Position numbers and translations under genes: made by a program
Assembly: GCA_965285935.1 (NCBI GenBank)
Contig: OZ260667.1
Location: 37,014,001-37,078,000, forward strand
Length of the DNA stretch: 64,000 bases
Origin: Ophelia neglecta
Taxonomy: Eukaryota
Direction of reading: 5' to 3'
In this document: positions 1 through 15,000 of the stretch, piece after piece
Layout of the letters: every line of letters begins with the position of its first letter
How positions within the stretch are numbered: the stretch's first letter is position 1
The notes under the pieces: generated by a model
What the model was told of the DNA's origin: nothing
What the model saw: only the letters and a program-made list of their open reading frames with translations
The model's database searches: none

Positions 1-3000
1 TAACCAAGCTAATCAGTCTCTCAGTGGATCTGGACAAACAGCTTATTATAAGGCCAGTACCATCGCTGTCAGATGGTTATATTAGATATTGTTTCTGCAT
101 CAAATGCTCTTGGAACCACTAGAGAAAACAAGACATCTTTTTATCTATTGGAAGACGGTTGGAGCATGCCTTAGAGTCTAACAAGTAATTGTACTTCCTT
201 TTTATGAGCTAAACACTTTCATAAACATTTGAAGCAGGAAGCAGGCATACCAGCCCTTTGCACATATTTTGATATTACACTAAACCACCCTTGGCTTCTA
301 CTTTGCTTCAAGTTGCATATCATCAACCTACACATCCTGATATATTACTTGGCAGACCTCTATTGAATTTTGGCAGATGAATATGGCTTCATAAACCAGC
401 AATTATTAGGTTTTGTTGCTACATGCAATATATTTACCCATGTGGGAAACATATTACAGAGTGGTGTGTAATCTATAAGCCAGATTTGCTAGGCACTAAT
501 CAAAAAAAGTCCTCAAAGAATAAGCTTCAGAAATTAAAAAAAACCTTCCTAGTATAAAATAGTTGAATTTATTTCATTTTTTTAGTTACCACTTAAATAA
601 TTAACTAGAAATACTTTCTAGGCTGCAAATATTGCTCCAGACCAATAAATTGGACAAATGAAATGTGATGCAAAGCAAAAGGACGAAAAGACCATGGTTA
701 AGGCCTAAAGACTAGCCTTGATGCCTACAGCTTGCCCCTTGTTCCCAGTCAAGCTGCTGAGCCAGCTAAACATTTATTCACTGTACCAACCATTGCCTCT
801 AGTGTCCCACTAAGAGCCAACTTTGGTGTGAAGACATTCTCAGGTGTCCTCCAGGACAAAACATTATTAGCCATAGCATTGTTTTTGCCTGCCTCAGCTC
901 ATTGAATTCCGCCTCCACTCAAAATAAAGCATCCCTTTGCAGCTGTGATGCTAATATCTATGTCTGTACTTGAAGGGGGCAGGCTGGCCACAGTAAGTCC
1001 ATAGATTTTAATCCCAGTTGCAAGAAATGGCAAAAGAGCAAAGCAGAGTGATGGGCATACACAGTAGGACAAGCTGTGCTGTCTGTGAGGCTGAGAGAGG
1101 GCTGGGAGCTAGGCTGACAGAGAGGCTGAGACTGGCGTCAGTGTGGCAGGCTCCATGCAGCCCAGGCCCCATCAGCCATTAACCCATAACACCAAACCTA
1201 GTCTTATTTATACATGAGATACTGTGGCAACATCTCACCTATATTAGGCAGGGAGCTGTTGGCTTCCTGATCGGTGTCCGGGCCTGATAACAGACTTGTA
1301 GCACAACAGGCACATCACCACCAAGGACTCCTTGGAGCCCAAAACCCTGTTTTGTGTCAAACAACAGCCTGGGCTTTAAGTGTAAACACAGAATGAAGGG
1401 GAAGGGGGGGGGGGGGTAGAAAATACTCAATGCCATATAATTGTATATCTGAGTGTGATTGTGAACTTCAGAGAACCTCAGTATTTTAGTGTCTATTTTT
1501 TGATGCTCAAGTCAATGATGAGGGTAGTATTGTGCATCTAGGAGGCAGCAATGGTAATCACCAATGTAGCCCGCAGTTACCGATAAATCAAATACTACTG
1601 TAAGACCGTCATCAATTCACAAATTTTGTATCTTGAACAGGAGCATGGCATAGACACATCAGAATATATCTTGGCAAACTCCCACCGGGATTTTAAAATG
1701 GGTATGGTTCGGCAAGGTCAAAAATCCACAACAGATCAAGGAAATCAAATCCTTTTATCAGAAATCATTTCAATATATCATGAACCTGGAATGACTCCTG
1801 GAATGGCAGTTCACATAGCTCATCTTAACCTTCCTTTTTCTAGTTTGCCATTACATAGCAGTCTGCGAGATTGCATTGGCTGCTGCGAGTGACAAAGAGA
1901 AGCCAAAATATGGTGTTAGACGGACAGGTCTAGGCCAAGCTTGTGGCAATTCTCAGAGGCCAGGGGCTCCTGGCACTGTGGAATCTCACACTCAGCTGAC
2001 AATCCTGTCTGTTGAGCAAGAGAACAGGTCACACTACCCTACTCATGCAATTAAACAATTAGTCTGGAACTGGTTTGTACAGTGGTAGGCCCTGATCAAG
2101 ATAATGACACTCATGAACTACATAAACTTGGTTTACAAGACCACTGGCCGTAGGAAGCTTCTTTTCTTACTGGTCTTTCCTATTGTTTGTTGTGATTGCA
2201 GTAATAGTTTATAAACTATACATCATTTCTAGTCTTGTTATTCTGGGTTAAGTTAGCTTACCCAGTTTGAAGGGGCCACATTATTTCAACAAGTCTCACT
2301 GCACTAGGTTACCATCTGGATATTATAACAAGCACCCAACTCTCTTATAAAATGTCTCCGCTGGCATGTCCAAACATACAAGAAATACATAACTTGAGGG
2401 TATTGTGCATTGATGTGTATCATTAAAGTTACAACTACTGTTAACAACTACTGTCAATACAACTTGAGTCAGTCTCATTGACAGACTTAGTCAAGACTAG
2501 CTTGTCAGCACTTAACAAAAACTTAACCAAATCTACTTAAACAAACTCTTAACCTTTATCTTGCCAATTTTCGCATGGCAGGTAGGTGCATAACTGTAAA
2601 TGAATTATTAAGGCCACTCCCAGCCCAAACACTGGTGCAAAGAATCTTTTTAATTTAATAGAATAGTGCTATGTCCAAGGAGGCATGCAATAATAGAGTA
2701 ACAATCTATCGATCATCCCTTAACTCAGTCAGTCATCCATAAGATAAAATATTGAATTCTCTGCCAGGTTGTGCCCGCGGGGCATAAAAACTGCTCGACC
2801 AACTTACAGGGCTGCTTGGAGGATATCAACACATGTTTTACATGGGTCATCTTTTTCTTGATAAATAAAAATAAAAATCTCCCACTAGCCTCATTCCTTG
2901 CTGGCTTTATGGACTCATTCCTGCGCGCAATGGATGGGACAGGAAAAAACAATACAACATGGTAATGATCTGCCGTTAGCAGCAAAATAACTTCATTACT

Positions 3001-6000
3001 AAAGTCAACTAGGGTGGCTCGGGCTGTCCGCTTTGTTCATTTGCATTAAAATAGTCAATAAGAAAGAAAACAAATAAGTCTTGGATTCATCACCACACCA
3101 GTCACATTAAATACTTCACCCTATCTACACACACAAAAATATGATGAAGTTTTTGTGACACTGATTGTGTTCCTACCCAATGGTTATATTGAAATGAGCG
3201 CCAAGACATGACTACCCAATGAAGGCAGACGGTTGGAATTGCACCAGTCGCCAAAGCCAAATAATTAAACCAGCGGACTAAATCACACAGCACGCTCATC
3301 AAAATTGCACAGCAGCGGTTTTTTATACATTTTGCACCAGATACTACAAATGGAACAGCTCTTTAACACTGCCACTGACCCTTGTACAGAGATAGGCTTC
3401 TAAATGGGGAGAAATCAAGCCATCCATTCATCCATAGACATACAGGCCACACTTCCCACACAAGGATTGGCCTTGTGCTTCCATTGGGAACTGTTTTGTC
3501 TCTCAAACATTTCAATGTGTAGTTGGTTACAGGACAGAAGTTCAAATTAATTAGCTATAAACCACACAGATGATTATGATATATGCCTTGGAGAAGGGAT
3601 CCACAGTTAACATATGTTTATTTGTATGCTCTGTCACTTCATCACAGCCGGGAGTGGTTTAGGGATTTTTCTCAAGTTTTGCACATTCTGAACATGACCT
3701 GTAGAGATAAAATACATACAACTGACATCTACCATGTCTACCGAAAAAAACACCATAGTTAGTCATAAACATGTATACTTGTCACTGTTTACAAGTACAT
3801 TTATAGTAGGCTCTTATTTTTGGCCTCATTCATCGTCTAGTTTTTTCCTGGTGTTTAAATCATATCAATAATTTATAGTGTGATCACACCCCATTATCAC
3901 AGTTTTAACTAAGATGCCTACTATAAATATATAGTAAGGACATAAATTTTACTGCTCTAGACTAAGTCCTTATTTTGGTAATACCAAAATAGATGCTGTT
4001 TTACATGAAACATGGACCAGGGATGGCTGATGTCCTTCTCCATTAATTAATATATTCAATATCATCTATGTAATTGGTATTTAATTGGCTGCTGATGTTT
4101 TTAACTTAGGGCATATCAATAATATTGCTATTGGGGGCAAGCTGGGCCCCGAATATATGGACCAGAGATCTTCATATTGCCGGATGATTAGCTTGGGGAA
4201 AGGTGAGCCATATTGTAACCTTTACTGATTCCTGGTTCAAAATACCTAGACACAAACTCAACCAGGGAAAACAACATATTTCTGTAGCCATGATGGCTCC
4301 TTCTACATTCATTGGCATACCTACACTTTTAATAATAGGGCTCCTAGCTTAAGTTTATGATACACTGTAGCAGCATACACGTCACCATTGGAGCCAATAA
4401 TTAAATTCATATTCAAAGCTACAAATGAGGGGTTCTCAGGATCTAATAGTAGTCGCGCTATGCATGATCAGCCAAGCCTGATCTATGCTTGTGGGTTCAG
4501 ACGGGAATGGATTGTGGGAAATGGGTGTGCACACTCTCAGACTTCAATAGGCCACATGACATGTGTACCAGTCCCTGTCAGTCATCCGGTAACCACCATC
4601 CACCGTGTTAATACTACCTACATTATACAAATATAAATCACTCTATAGCCTATGATTCATAGCTTGCAAGGTTAGAGCAGATTGTAACCTTTTGATAAAT
4701 ACGTTGATAACAGACACTTGACGGAGTTTTTTTTAGTTTACTGGGAACAAGACAAAATTTCACAATGTCTATAACTATGCCAAGAGCAGTATGGCACAGA
4801 GGCAACATTAAAATAACCAGTTAATCATTTCTCTCATAAACCATACAGTTTGTACGGTTTAGTATAGAGCCGTTATTATTGAGCACCCTAATGAATCCAT
4901 GGCCATTTATGTTTAATCTTATATTGGAGATATTGGAAGTTGAATAAACTGTAAAGATCAGTTAGCCCTTGAGTACACACATCCATCTTGTTTGTCTACA
5001 CCCAGATCTTAGCATTTATTCTTACCGAGATCAATATAAATATCTGTCAATATATTTTGTACGCCTCCTGAAAAAGAGGCCTTTGTGTTTGGGAAAGTGG
5101 GTAAACATTACCATTGACTGGTACTATGACAGTCTGAAATGTTCAGTTGTTATAATCTAGGCTTACAGATATGATCTTTTTGTTAGTGGTGTTCAGTTTT
5201 AAGAAAGGCATGCTGACAGTCAATGATGTTCACAAAGTTTTTCATTGTCCCAACAGCTGACAATCAATGTTTTGTCCCTACACACCAACTGCAAGAGGGT
5301 AAAATATTGGATTGGTGGGAAGGTAATCGAAATCCCACTTGAAATGCTTTCCGGTTCAGGAAGGAGAAAACTTTTGAGCACAGTGACACAAAATGACCTA
5401 TAAAATTGTTTCTGAATTAGGTTGTTGACTTTGTACGAAGGAGAATACCTACATCATCGCAAAAACATGGAAGCCATGAAAATGGTCCTGCATTCAGGTA
5501 CTTTCCATTCATAGCAACCATGCCTCTTTGCAATTGGATCAATAATGAACTATGTTAAATGTGTCCTAGGTCTCTATAGTGCATGTTCAATTTCTCCGAC
5601 AGATGACAGAGAAATATCCACTGGTCGCTATTTAACGCTTTATTCCCCGAGAGTTTCCATTTTATCCCAAATCCCAAAGATGATAAAGCATATAATACAT
5701 GAATTTATCTACTGCAAAGTCTGCACTATGCCACTAGTCAATACACTGCAAGTAAATCTAGGCATTCAGCTACCATACTACAGACATTTCTAACAGGACA
5801 CACAGTAATTAGGAGTATTCATAATTATTGAATGGTTTATTAAGCAGAAGTGACTAGGGGAGTGGTCAGATTTGGACTACTTTTAGGCTAGTATTATTGA
5901 TAGAGTTTTAACAAATTTCAGTACAACTGAAATAGGGACTAAATGCTTCTAAATGCCATCTAATAGTAGCTAATATGGCAGCTCTGCATGACGTCTTGAT

Positions 6001-9000
6001 GTGACATAGTACTTACTTTGCCTTAGTTTAGCACAAACCAACCCAATAAAACTCAAGTCCGATGCCTTTCGAAACTGACCTGGTGTGAACAATAAAATAA
6101 AGCGCCATTAAAGCATATAAAATCTGTCATGAAGGGACCTGCATCTCCCTGGCAGACAGAGGAACAAGACAAAATGTCTGGCCTACTGTATGCCAAGGGA
6201 CAACAGGATTTAAAGCAATTAAAAATGTTAATTAGCAAGCACAAGCAAAGGTCAATGCAAATATGTAATAATACTCATGTAAAGAATATACTTCTAATAC
6301 ATTAATTCTGGAACAAACAATATTGTCAGAGTTAAACTTAAATGTTAAAGAGCAGAACAAAACAAGAATAGATGTATTGTTGAATAAAAGATAAAAGAAA
6401 TGGGGAAAGACAAATAAAGATAATGTTACAGATAAACAGGAAATTAAAAGCAGGGGCTGGAAGCACAAGATAGCAAACACAAGTGGTCCCAAAAGGGTCC
6501 CAAAGATAGATTACCAGCAAAAAAGGTTCGAGGAGGCAAGTGATAAAAGATTTCTATGAGGCTTTCACCTACCAGTTACTTCTGTGCACCCAGAGTTGCA
6601 TGTCTTGATTACAGTCCAGAAATAAAGTTAAATTATTAAAAAATGCCTGGTTGTACGCTGCCCTTTAGCCCTGACCTGCAGGCTGAAACAGCTGGGTGTG
6701 CTGCTGAACATTACTAATAACCCATTAACAGACGTTCTGTAATAGACCAATAGATGTGTGTTGTGAACATGCAGCTTCCGGACTTGACTATGGTACATAC
6801 TTATATACTATTAATATACAACAAAACTCTCATTGCTGGACTCGTAATAAGTATTTAGAAACAATATCCATGCACTATGTACAATGTGTGTGTGTTTTGT
6901 ATTTCTTTGGCATGACAAATTTGTCTCTCTCTTATACAAAACTTCTTTTCAATGTTACTTTTGACTGTTAGAGTCAAAGGGGTGCTGACAAACTTGTCAC
7001 CATGCCTGTCTCAAGAAAATGAAGTTAATATAAAAAGTCAACCACTCAGTATATTCACATTATTTTTTAGTACATAATATATGATACTTGTATCCATTAT
7101 AGCAGATGCAAACATGTTTATGAACTTTCCCTCATTTGGCGGTTCTGTTATTGTAAGATACAAGTTAAGTCTCTGTGTTGATGGTTGTTGGTGAAAAGGG
7201 GGAGCTTTTTGCAGCAAAAGCTTAATGCATATGCGCCATGTCCCCACAGACTTAGGCAAATGGTGGCCTAGGGCAACAGTTCCAGATTTTTTGGCTGCAA
7301 ATCACCATCTGTTTGTCTCAGGAGGTTCCCAACACCAATAACCGATTTCCAAGTCTTACAAGAAAGAAATCTGCAAGGTGGCCCAGGAAATCACGTGCAC
7401 ACTTATCGACGTGCCAAGCTTCGGAGAAGAGCGTCAATACCAGCAGCCAAGGGTTTCATATATGATCATGCAGCCATTATTAATGACACATATATATGTA
7501 TTGGCAAACCCATAGGACAATTTTGCCCTGCATTAGCCAGACTTGAGAATGCGCCTAGATGAGGTCAAGACAAAGATCACTGGAGCCAGAAAGACCAAGT
7601 GTCAATATTGCCAGAAGAATGAACACAGTGGGAATGTCACAACAGATATCTTTAAAAAAAACCACAAGAACCAAAACCAATTGTATGTGTCACATACGCA
7701 AACACCATGGTCCATTAGAGTATTTACCATTCAAGCAACCATATTTTCCTGCAAACTGTATGTGACCATACACACCCAATGGACATAAAGCTGCAAATCT
7801 GTAAACCATACACATCCCATAAACAGCATTAACCACAAATATAGTGTCATTAAAATTGTAATTAGCATTTCACAGAGAACTCCTTTGACCAAATACTATG
7901 TAAACTGTGTAAATAAGCCATCATGCAATGTAAGCAAGTATTTAATCAGGACTCGATATCTATAAATCAGCGTATTCCTGTTTAAATTCTTTATGATAGT
8001 CTTATAACCATTTTGGGCCAAGCTCAACACATTGCCAATTACTACAGACCAAACAAGCTATTTGTGCATATTAACATTCATACATTCCAATCCCCATCCA
8101 CAACAGGCAGACGCTAATGCATTGTATTTTTAAAACTATATTTATTTATCCTGTATGGCACACAATCGTAATTTGTCCTGAATCAGTTTAAGCATGTTAG
8201 CATGTCTTATTGATATGCTGATATTATACCATAAAGCACAAAGCAATTTTGGTGGAATATGCCCCAGCCCTTCAGGAACATTAACTCTCCTTGAATGACC
8301 TTCTGTTGCAGGTTTCCAAGAGGAACAGTGACATAGCTGTGGTGGCAAAATGGCAACTCCACATGCAACCATCTATTACGGAAATGAACAGAAAAAAATA
8401 ACACAGTTGGCCGAACATTTGGCAAGTTTTGGACATAATCTAAGGATATGACTGGGCAAGCTGTAAATCACCTGGCTAGTATCTTTATCATTGGCTCACC
8501 TTTGGCTTGGAAACTTTGATTAATTTCATTCATTGTTCTTTAATTTGGCACCAGCCTTGGGTTCTTTCAACAGCAAGAAGGACTTTACCCCGTGTCATTT
8601 AACAATTTTCACAGCTTCTTGCTGTTTTCCTGACAATGAATAATCTGCACCACCAACCCAAGGATGTCCTACTGAAATAGCCCCTCAGCAGGCAAATAGC
8701 TAACTTTTTGGAGCCGCTTGCAGGAAACTGGCTAAAATGTCCCAACAGAACCCAAAGGGCCATCAGATTTATGATCCTTGTTTTTCTCCCAGCTTTTTAA
8801 ATGATGATTGCTTGACATTAGCCATACTGCCTCAGCCTCAAGTTTATTGCTTTCACAACATCTCAGTCAGATAGCAGCTGTCCTTTGATCAACTTGTGCA
8901 TGGAGTACTATGTGTGACATTAAGTTTACATAAAATTATGCAGTTTTATTTAACAGCAAAAAAATGTGCTGCAGTTTCAATTTGTATTATAAAACAGCTG

Positions 9001-12000
9001 GCAATATTTACAATGTAATTTTAGAAACCTGGGGAAGAAAATCTTGCTAATATCTATCATACCCAGTTAATCAATTATTGACTAGTGATGTATATACAAA
9101 GAAGCAGACCAGTAACCAACCTGCATTATGACAGATTGTGAATGGGTGATTAGGATATTTAATACCAGTAGAGAGGGCTCAATCTAGAGTCACAATAACA
9201 TACACTTACAAAAGTCCATATGGTTGGACTGGGATCAAATGGTCAAACAAAATGGTACTGATATTGTACTCATTTTTTTAAACTCTCAAGAAAAACTCAA
9301 CATCATTGCTTTTCAATTGAAAATAAACATTTTATATGAAAGTATGCCCATGTATATCACTAATTTGATATAATATTTATGCAACATACAATCTGTTCAA
9401 TGGGGAACAAATTTACAGAGAAAAACAAGTAAAATGCCTCAAAAATGTGTTCAAAGAATATCTATTATTTTCAATAACACATATTTAATATTTGATGAAA
9501 AAATTGCTGGTGGGGCCCATTATATATGCTATTCCACTTAGGACCATTATGTCAAGGACCCATGTCTGGAGATTCCTAATGTGTGTTAGTGGGCTCTTAG
9601 ATATTGGGGGGGGGGAGGGGGGACAGGGACTGGTGTTTGATGAGTGTTTGATAACTTCAGTGTTGTCACTTGATCTCCTTAGATGACAGACTTTAAACTG
9701 ACTCGTGTGTCCCTTGAAGACCTTCTTCCCCATATAGAGGAGGGTCCACTTCAAGTGGCTCTAGCATCAAATTATGATTTATGGTGTTATTTTCATCAGA
9801 GAGCCCACATTTGTGAATTTGGGCAGCACCACCCCAGAGGGTTGTATGTGCAGTGCACCATGTGGGTGGCGTCTTCAAGGACCAATCACCTCTATGTCCC
9901 AGTGCCAAAAACAAAATTACAAGGTGTGCAGACCAAATGGACACACTTTTCTTTGTGAACAATTAGGAAATCAACAAGACACTTTAGTTGAGGCTCTACA
10001 CTGGTGTCCATTTGGTAAAGCAGGGCGCCCATTCGTTCAAGTTATATGAGCATATCTTGCCCTGGAGCCTTTCATCTGGTCAGTGTACTGCAAGTAAAAG
10101 CAAGTAAAGATCCCCGAAATGGCAGCACTGCCCATCTTGCTCCAATTCAGTCAATTAATTTTATGAACACTGACATGCAACAACATGATTGCTTCCCTTC
10201 AAGGGCCCTGACATATCATGCCAGATATTTATGATACAGAAGGCACACAGATCACCACCCCAAACCAAATTGCCTCCAACATAAGAGATCCAGCCACCCA
10301 GTTGGCAGGGAGGAGTGACACTGTTCCTCCTTTTTCGTAGACTGCCACATACTACATACGTCATCATTTACTACTATGGCTCGAAGCAGCAGGTTCCTGT
10401 CAAAACACCAGCCACTGCAAATAAACCATGGCAAAAGTCAAAGGGCAATGCTACAAATTGGAATACAACATATCAGGCTAGGAAGACAATATGTATGATG
10501 GCACTCCAAAGGCCTTAGGTCATATATGGCTTCCCCTGCTTCCAAGGCTTCCCAACAAGGCAGTAGCACTGCTCCCTTTCTAGTAAAACAACCATTGTAT
10601 GCCAAAGGTGTACAAGTCCCCTTTGTCTTGGACACAAAGATCCTGACCTCACTCTGATCACTGATCACTCTCGCCACCAGGTGAATGCATCAACAGAGGC
10701 CCAGGAAAAAATAAACATGAGTAAACCATGCTGTGTCGGCAGGCAGTCAAACTCGCATGCTTCGCACAACCACATTTATCTTCACATTGATTCTACGTGA
10801 TGCCATGCCGAATAATCCAATCCACATCACAGCAGCACGGAGGTTAATGTATTTGGCCCTGCATCCAGCATGGCCAACATCCATGAGCTCCAATCACGGC
10901 CTAACGCTCATCTAATTGTACAGGGTTAATATTGAAAGCCAGAAAATTGGGGATTTGCAGGTCAGCAAAGTGACAATACTCATCATGTCTGCCCGTTCCT
11001 GATGCTGTGCTGGCCTCGCTGCTCGGCCTCATCAACACGGGAGGGGCTCACCAGACAGATTTTGGAAACCCACTATTGGTGCATAAGCATCATTGTCAAG
11101 CTGGCATGAAAAGGCAACAAGATTTACAGAGCCAAGGGAAGCATAGTTTTATAGGTAAGGAGAGAAATACCAGAGTATTGTTTCATTCATGGCAGGTGCT
11201 AGTCAACATTGTGATCAAGGCTGTTGTGATCAAGGCATGTGCCGGTTGTAGACTACTGATATTAATCAATTGTGGCTGGGACATCAGGTACAGCAATCAC
11301 TGCTGTATCTCAGTAGGTCCCCCAGTCCTAAAGGCTCCAATCTGACACATCACACAACACCAATCTCTACACATAGGGCTCCCTGCTCATTATCAATTTA
11401 TCACCAACCCATCCCAGACTCACTCCACTTACTGCTATCCTCATCTGTCTCCTAATGGATCACAGTCTCACAGATTATTACCCTGCAATTCATTACCACA
11501 ATTCCTATCTGCTCCTCTCCAGGCAGCAGTGTGCCAGTCAGCACCAAACTTAGCTGGTGGTTAGCAGGGTAACAGGAGTGAAGAGGACAAAGCTTGTACC
11601 GAGGTGACAAAGCTCACCCTCAACATGGACAATGTGTGCTGCAAAATCAAATTTGCATATTTCTGGAGTCGAGTGGACACTGATCCGGACAAGGTAAGGC
11701 AATCATGAGAGTCAGGCCGAGGAAAGGCTAGTGGAGTGGAGATGGACTCAATCGTCATTCCACATTAATGCCCTGCTAAAAGCTTTGTCTAAATTAAATG
11801 CCCCTGTGGCCTGAGAACCAATGAACTACAATGGCACACGAGTAGCCTTTTATTAGCAGGGATTCTCAAGATTATAGCTTCCACTCAGGGAATGGAGGCA
11901 AAATAAATCTGCTGCATAGGGGCCATCGATTCTTGTGACATGGGCACAGGGCTCTCTTGGCCAAAAGGCGTCAAATCTAATTTGCAGAGCATTTCAGATA

Positions 12001-15000
12001 CTATGGTGGTGGAGACCCGAGAGCAAATCCTTGCCTCAGATGCAGGATCTGTAGTGTAAATGCTAACACCATCCAAATCACCGAGACCCCCTCATTTCGT
12101 TTAGTGGCAGCACATCCAATTCCGGCCATGTAAGCTGCCTATATATCCAAATATTTCGCCCATAACTGGTCTTTCCAGCGCACATGCATTGGATTACATC
12201 CTTGGCTGATCATATTTGTAGCTAGAAGCAGGGGTCATTCCATGGCTAGCATGTGACAAACAGCACACCTAGATGCATCTACACTCTTTATATTGCTTTT
12301 ATCAGTCTGTGCCACTGCTGTGTCCTAAATTTTAAAGCACAGTACCCAGGCCATTGTGAGTAATTGTGAATCCCATCCCAATGACTGTACTAATTTTCCA
12401 CTTGAACAGCATGTGATGTATGGCTAGTTATTATTATGAATCATGGCACCCCAGCCCTGTTCATCTGTGTATGCAGCTTTGGACAAAGACCATAGCCAAC
12501 CATAATGGTTAAAGAGTATTCACCTAGGGCATGATTTTTTGAGAAGTTTAAATTTAATTTAGTGTAAATTTGATTGAAAGAAGCATGATCCTGGAGGGTG
12601 GATAACATTTTATTCAAACCTTCTATTATAAGTGGAATACTGATTTTATTCTCCAACACGCCAGCCTTGAAAAAGACCAAGAAAAAGAGTAGCCAAACAC
12701 TTTCCAGCCAAAAACCAATGAAATTCAATGCCTTGCAATTTTTAAACTACAATTAGCAGTTGCCACCCATGCCAAGATAACCTATTAATCCTTTAGAAAT
12801 AGAAAGCTGAATTAATAGGTGATAAAGTTGAACTTTTCATCTTATATGGTACTCGCTGACAAATATGGAACTTGCTAAAAGAAAAAGCCAAAAAATGAGT
12901 AGTTGTTAGAATGTTTTATTTTTAGACAATTCTGTCTAAATTACATTTGAAACAAACACATGTGACACAATCGATATGACCAGGTGTTATCATTTACACT
13001 TGAATAAATAATTGACATATTTAAGATGGCTTGAATCAAGAGTTAGCAGCCAGTGGTACATTCAAATATAGTCTTCTGCCATGTGCTCTCTTATCATCAG
13101 TCAGTACACAAACCAAGATTCCCAATACACTTTTCAAACTTTACCATTAAACAAACTTGATCAGACCGGTTTTCTCGGTCTCTCCTTTTTACACAAAACC
13201 TGAAATGTGACTGCACATCTCTTACACACCACATGTGTTGTAATTTCATTGTTCTCAACCTGGACTTAAGCTGATCCAAGTCTTGATAACAAAGGCCATC
13301 TGACTTTGGCCCGGTTCAATACCAGTCCACTAGACCAGTGTTCTGCTCACAGGCAGCATGCCATACATGTATTGATCAATCCTTCTCCACCCAATTACAG
13401 GTTTAAATAAAAAGAGTTAAAACTCTTTCACAAATTTATGATTCTGTTTTTTCATCCACCTTGTTTTACACTTTGAACAACTATTATCTCAAATTATTCC
13501 CAACTATATTAACTGTAATTACCAATCAGGTGTCAGTAATTGCTCTTTATCAAATTTTAATGAGCATTTATGGCAACATTTTTTAATTAAACATTGCATG
13601 TCTTTAACACAGTCATAAGGTGAGATAAAATCAATTTTGTCTAATGTTCCAGTTTATAGCTAAAAATTCCTTAACACCTCAGTATTAAATCTAGTATTAC
13701 TGGCAGTTTTTCTTAAGCAGCAGTAGTGGAGGTGGTTAATATTATAAAGTCTTATTATCAAAGAAACAATGACATCATTGTAACAAGCGAGTGTCATTTT
13801 AATAATGTTTGTACTACTCTATTGATAAATGACTGACATCTTAATCAGGACATGTGAATGGTGAATGGAGGATGTCATGTGATACACAAGAGATGAGCTC
13901 TGCTAAACTGTTTCATCTTATTTATATCCCCGCTGAGGCCACAAAAACTAAGACATTGATCCATGATAACAAAATGGCTGCTGCCTTCTCTCAGCAAAAT
14001 AAAAGTCCTGCCTCATTACAAGATAGTCTCCAGATGAGGACAATTCGCATGCCAACACACAGACTTTATCTGGGCAATGTTTTCTCATGACATATCAGCT
14101 CTATACATCGAACCAGAGGTAAAAGAGACAGAGCCAGAAATAGACAAAGCATCTCCACAAAATGAGCGAGTTTTCTTGGTTCTAATTGCTCTTCATTGGT
14201 CTTGTTTGGAGCCAATTGCAGAGTTTCCTATAGGCCCATATATCTGACATACGAGTACAATAAAATCCTAAGTAATCCCCTCTTTCCTTCCTCCCCCACT
14301 CATCTGCCTTCCTCTCCACTCCTAGCCAAACTGCTCCATGTGACTTACAGCTGTCCAACACCACTATCTATATCTTCTTTTATTGAAGCTTGTGGTTTGT
14401 AGTTGCTTAGCGAAACTTAAGATTATAATATTTCAAGGGTGATCAAAGAAAGATATCTGAACAGCAGGAATATCATGGGAATTGACTGGAAGAGCAAAAC
14501 ACAAGTCATCCAAACGAGGTAATACAATCATTGAAAATAAGACCGGCTTCCAACTAGGCTTTGATGAGGGTGTAATCCCAACTTTTGAGGATAAACTCTT
14601 GAATGATTTACACTCCAACACCCAGATTTAGAGGCTAATTATTACAGAATTGTAAGGAGAAACCCTGGTTTACCAGTAGAGAAAAATCCGATAGCATTTC
14701 AGGACACTAGTATAAGATACACAAGAGAGGTCTGAGGACTTTGATACACCATCAGGCTTAGACAGATTGAAACAAAATAATGTGACATGCTATAACATCA
14801 TTGGAGACGAAAACTGGCTTGTGACAGAGCGAAATAACACGTCAAAGACTTAGCAGGAGATGTATTTTGTACCTGAAACTGAGATACTATTACTGGTTTG
14901 ACAGAAAAAAAATGATAAGAGCCATTTTCACAATATTAAGACATATATCATAGTTTATTGAGTTTTATTGTAGACACATCAGATTGATCATCATCAGCCA

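Noticed and set aside
1239-1436. ORF fragment LLFDTKQGFG as Musashi exon 7
   Set aside because: Only superficial similarity to LMFDK...RGFG; lacks EDAM and HR and has no fitting splice sites.
3630-3710. Acceptor ttttatctctacag near 3699 as an alternative last exon (VMFRMCKT*)
   Set aside because: One acceptor-like site in 16 kb of intron is expected by chance; no supporting donor or homology.
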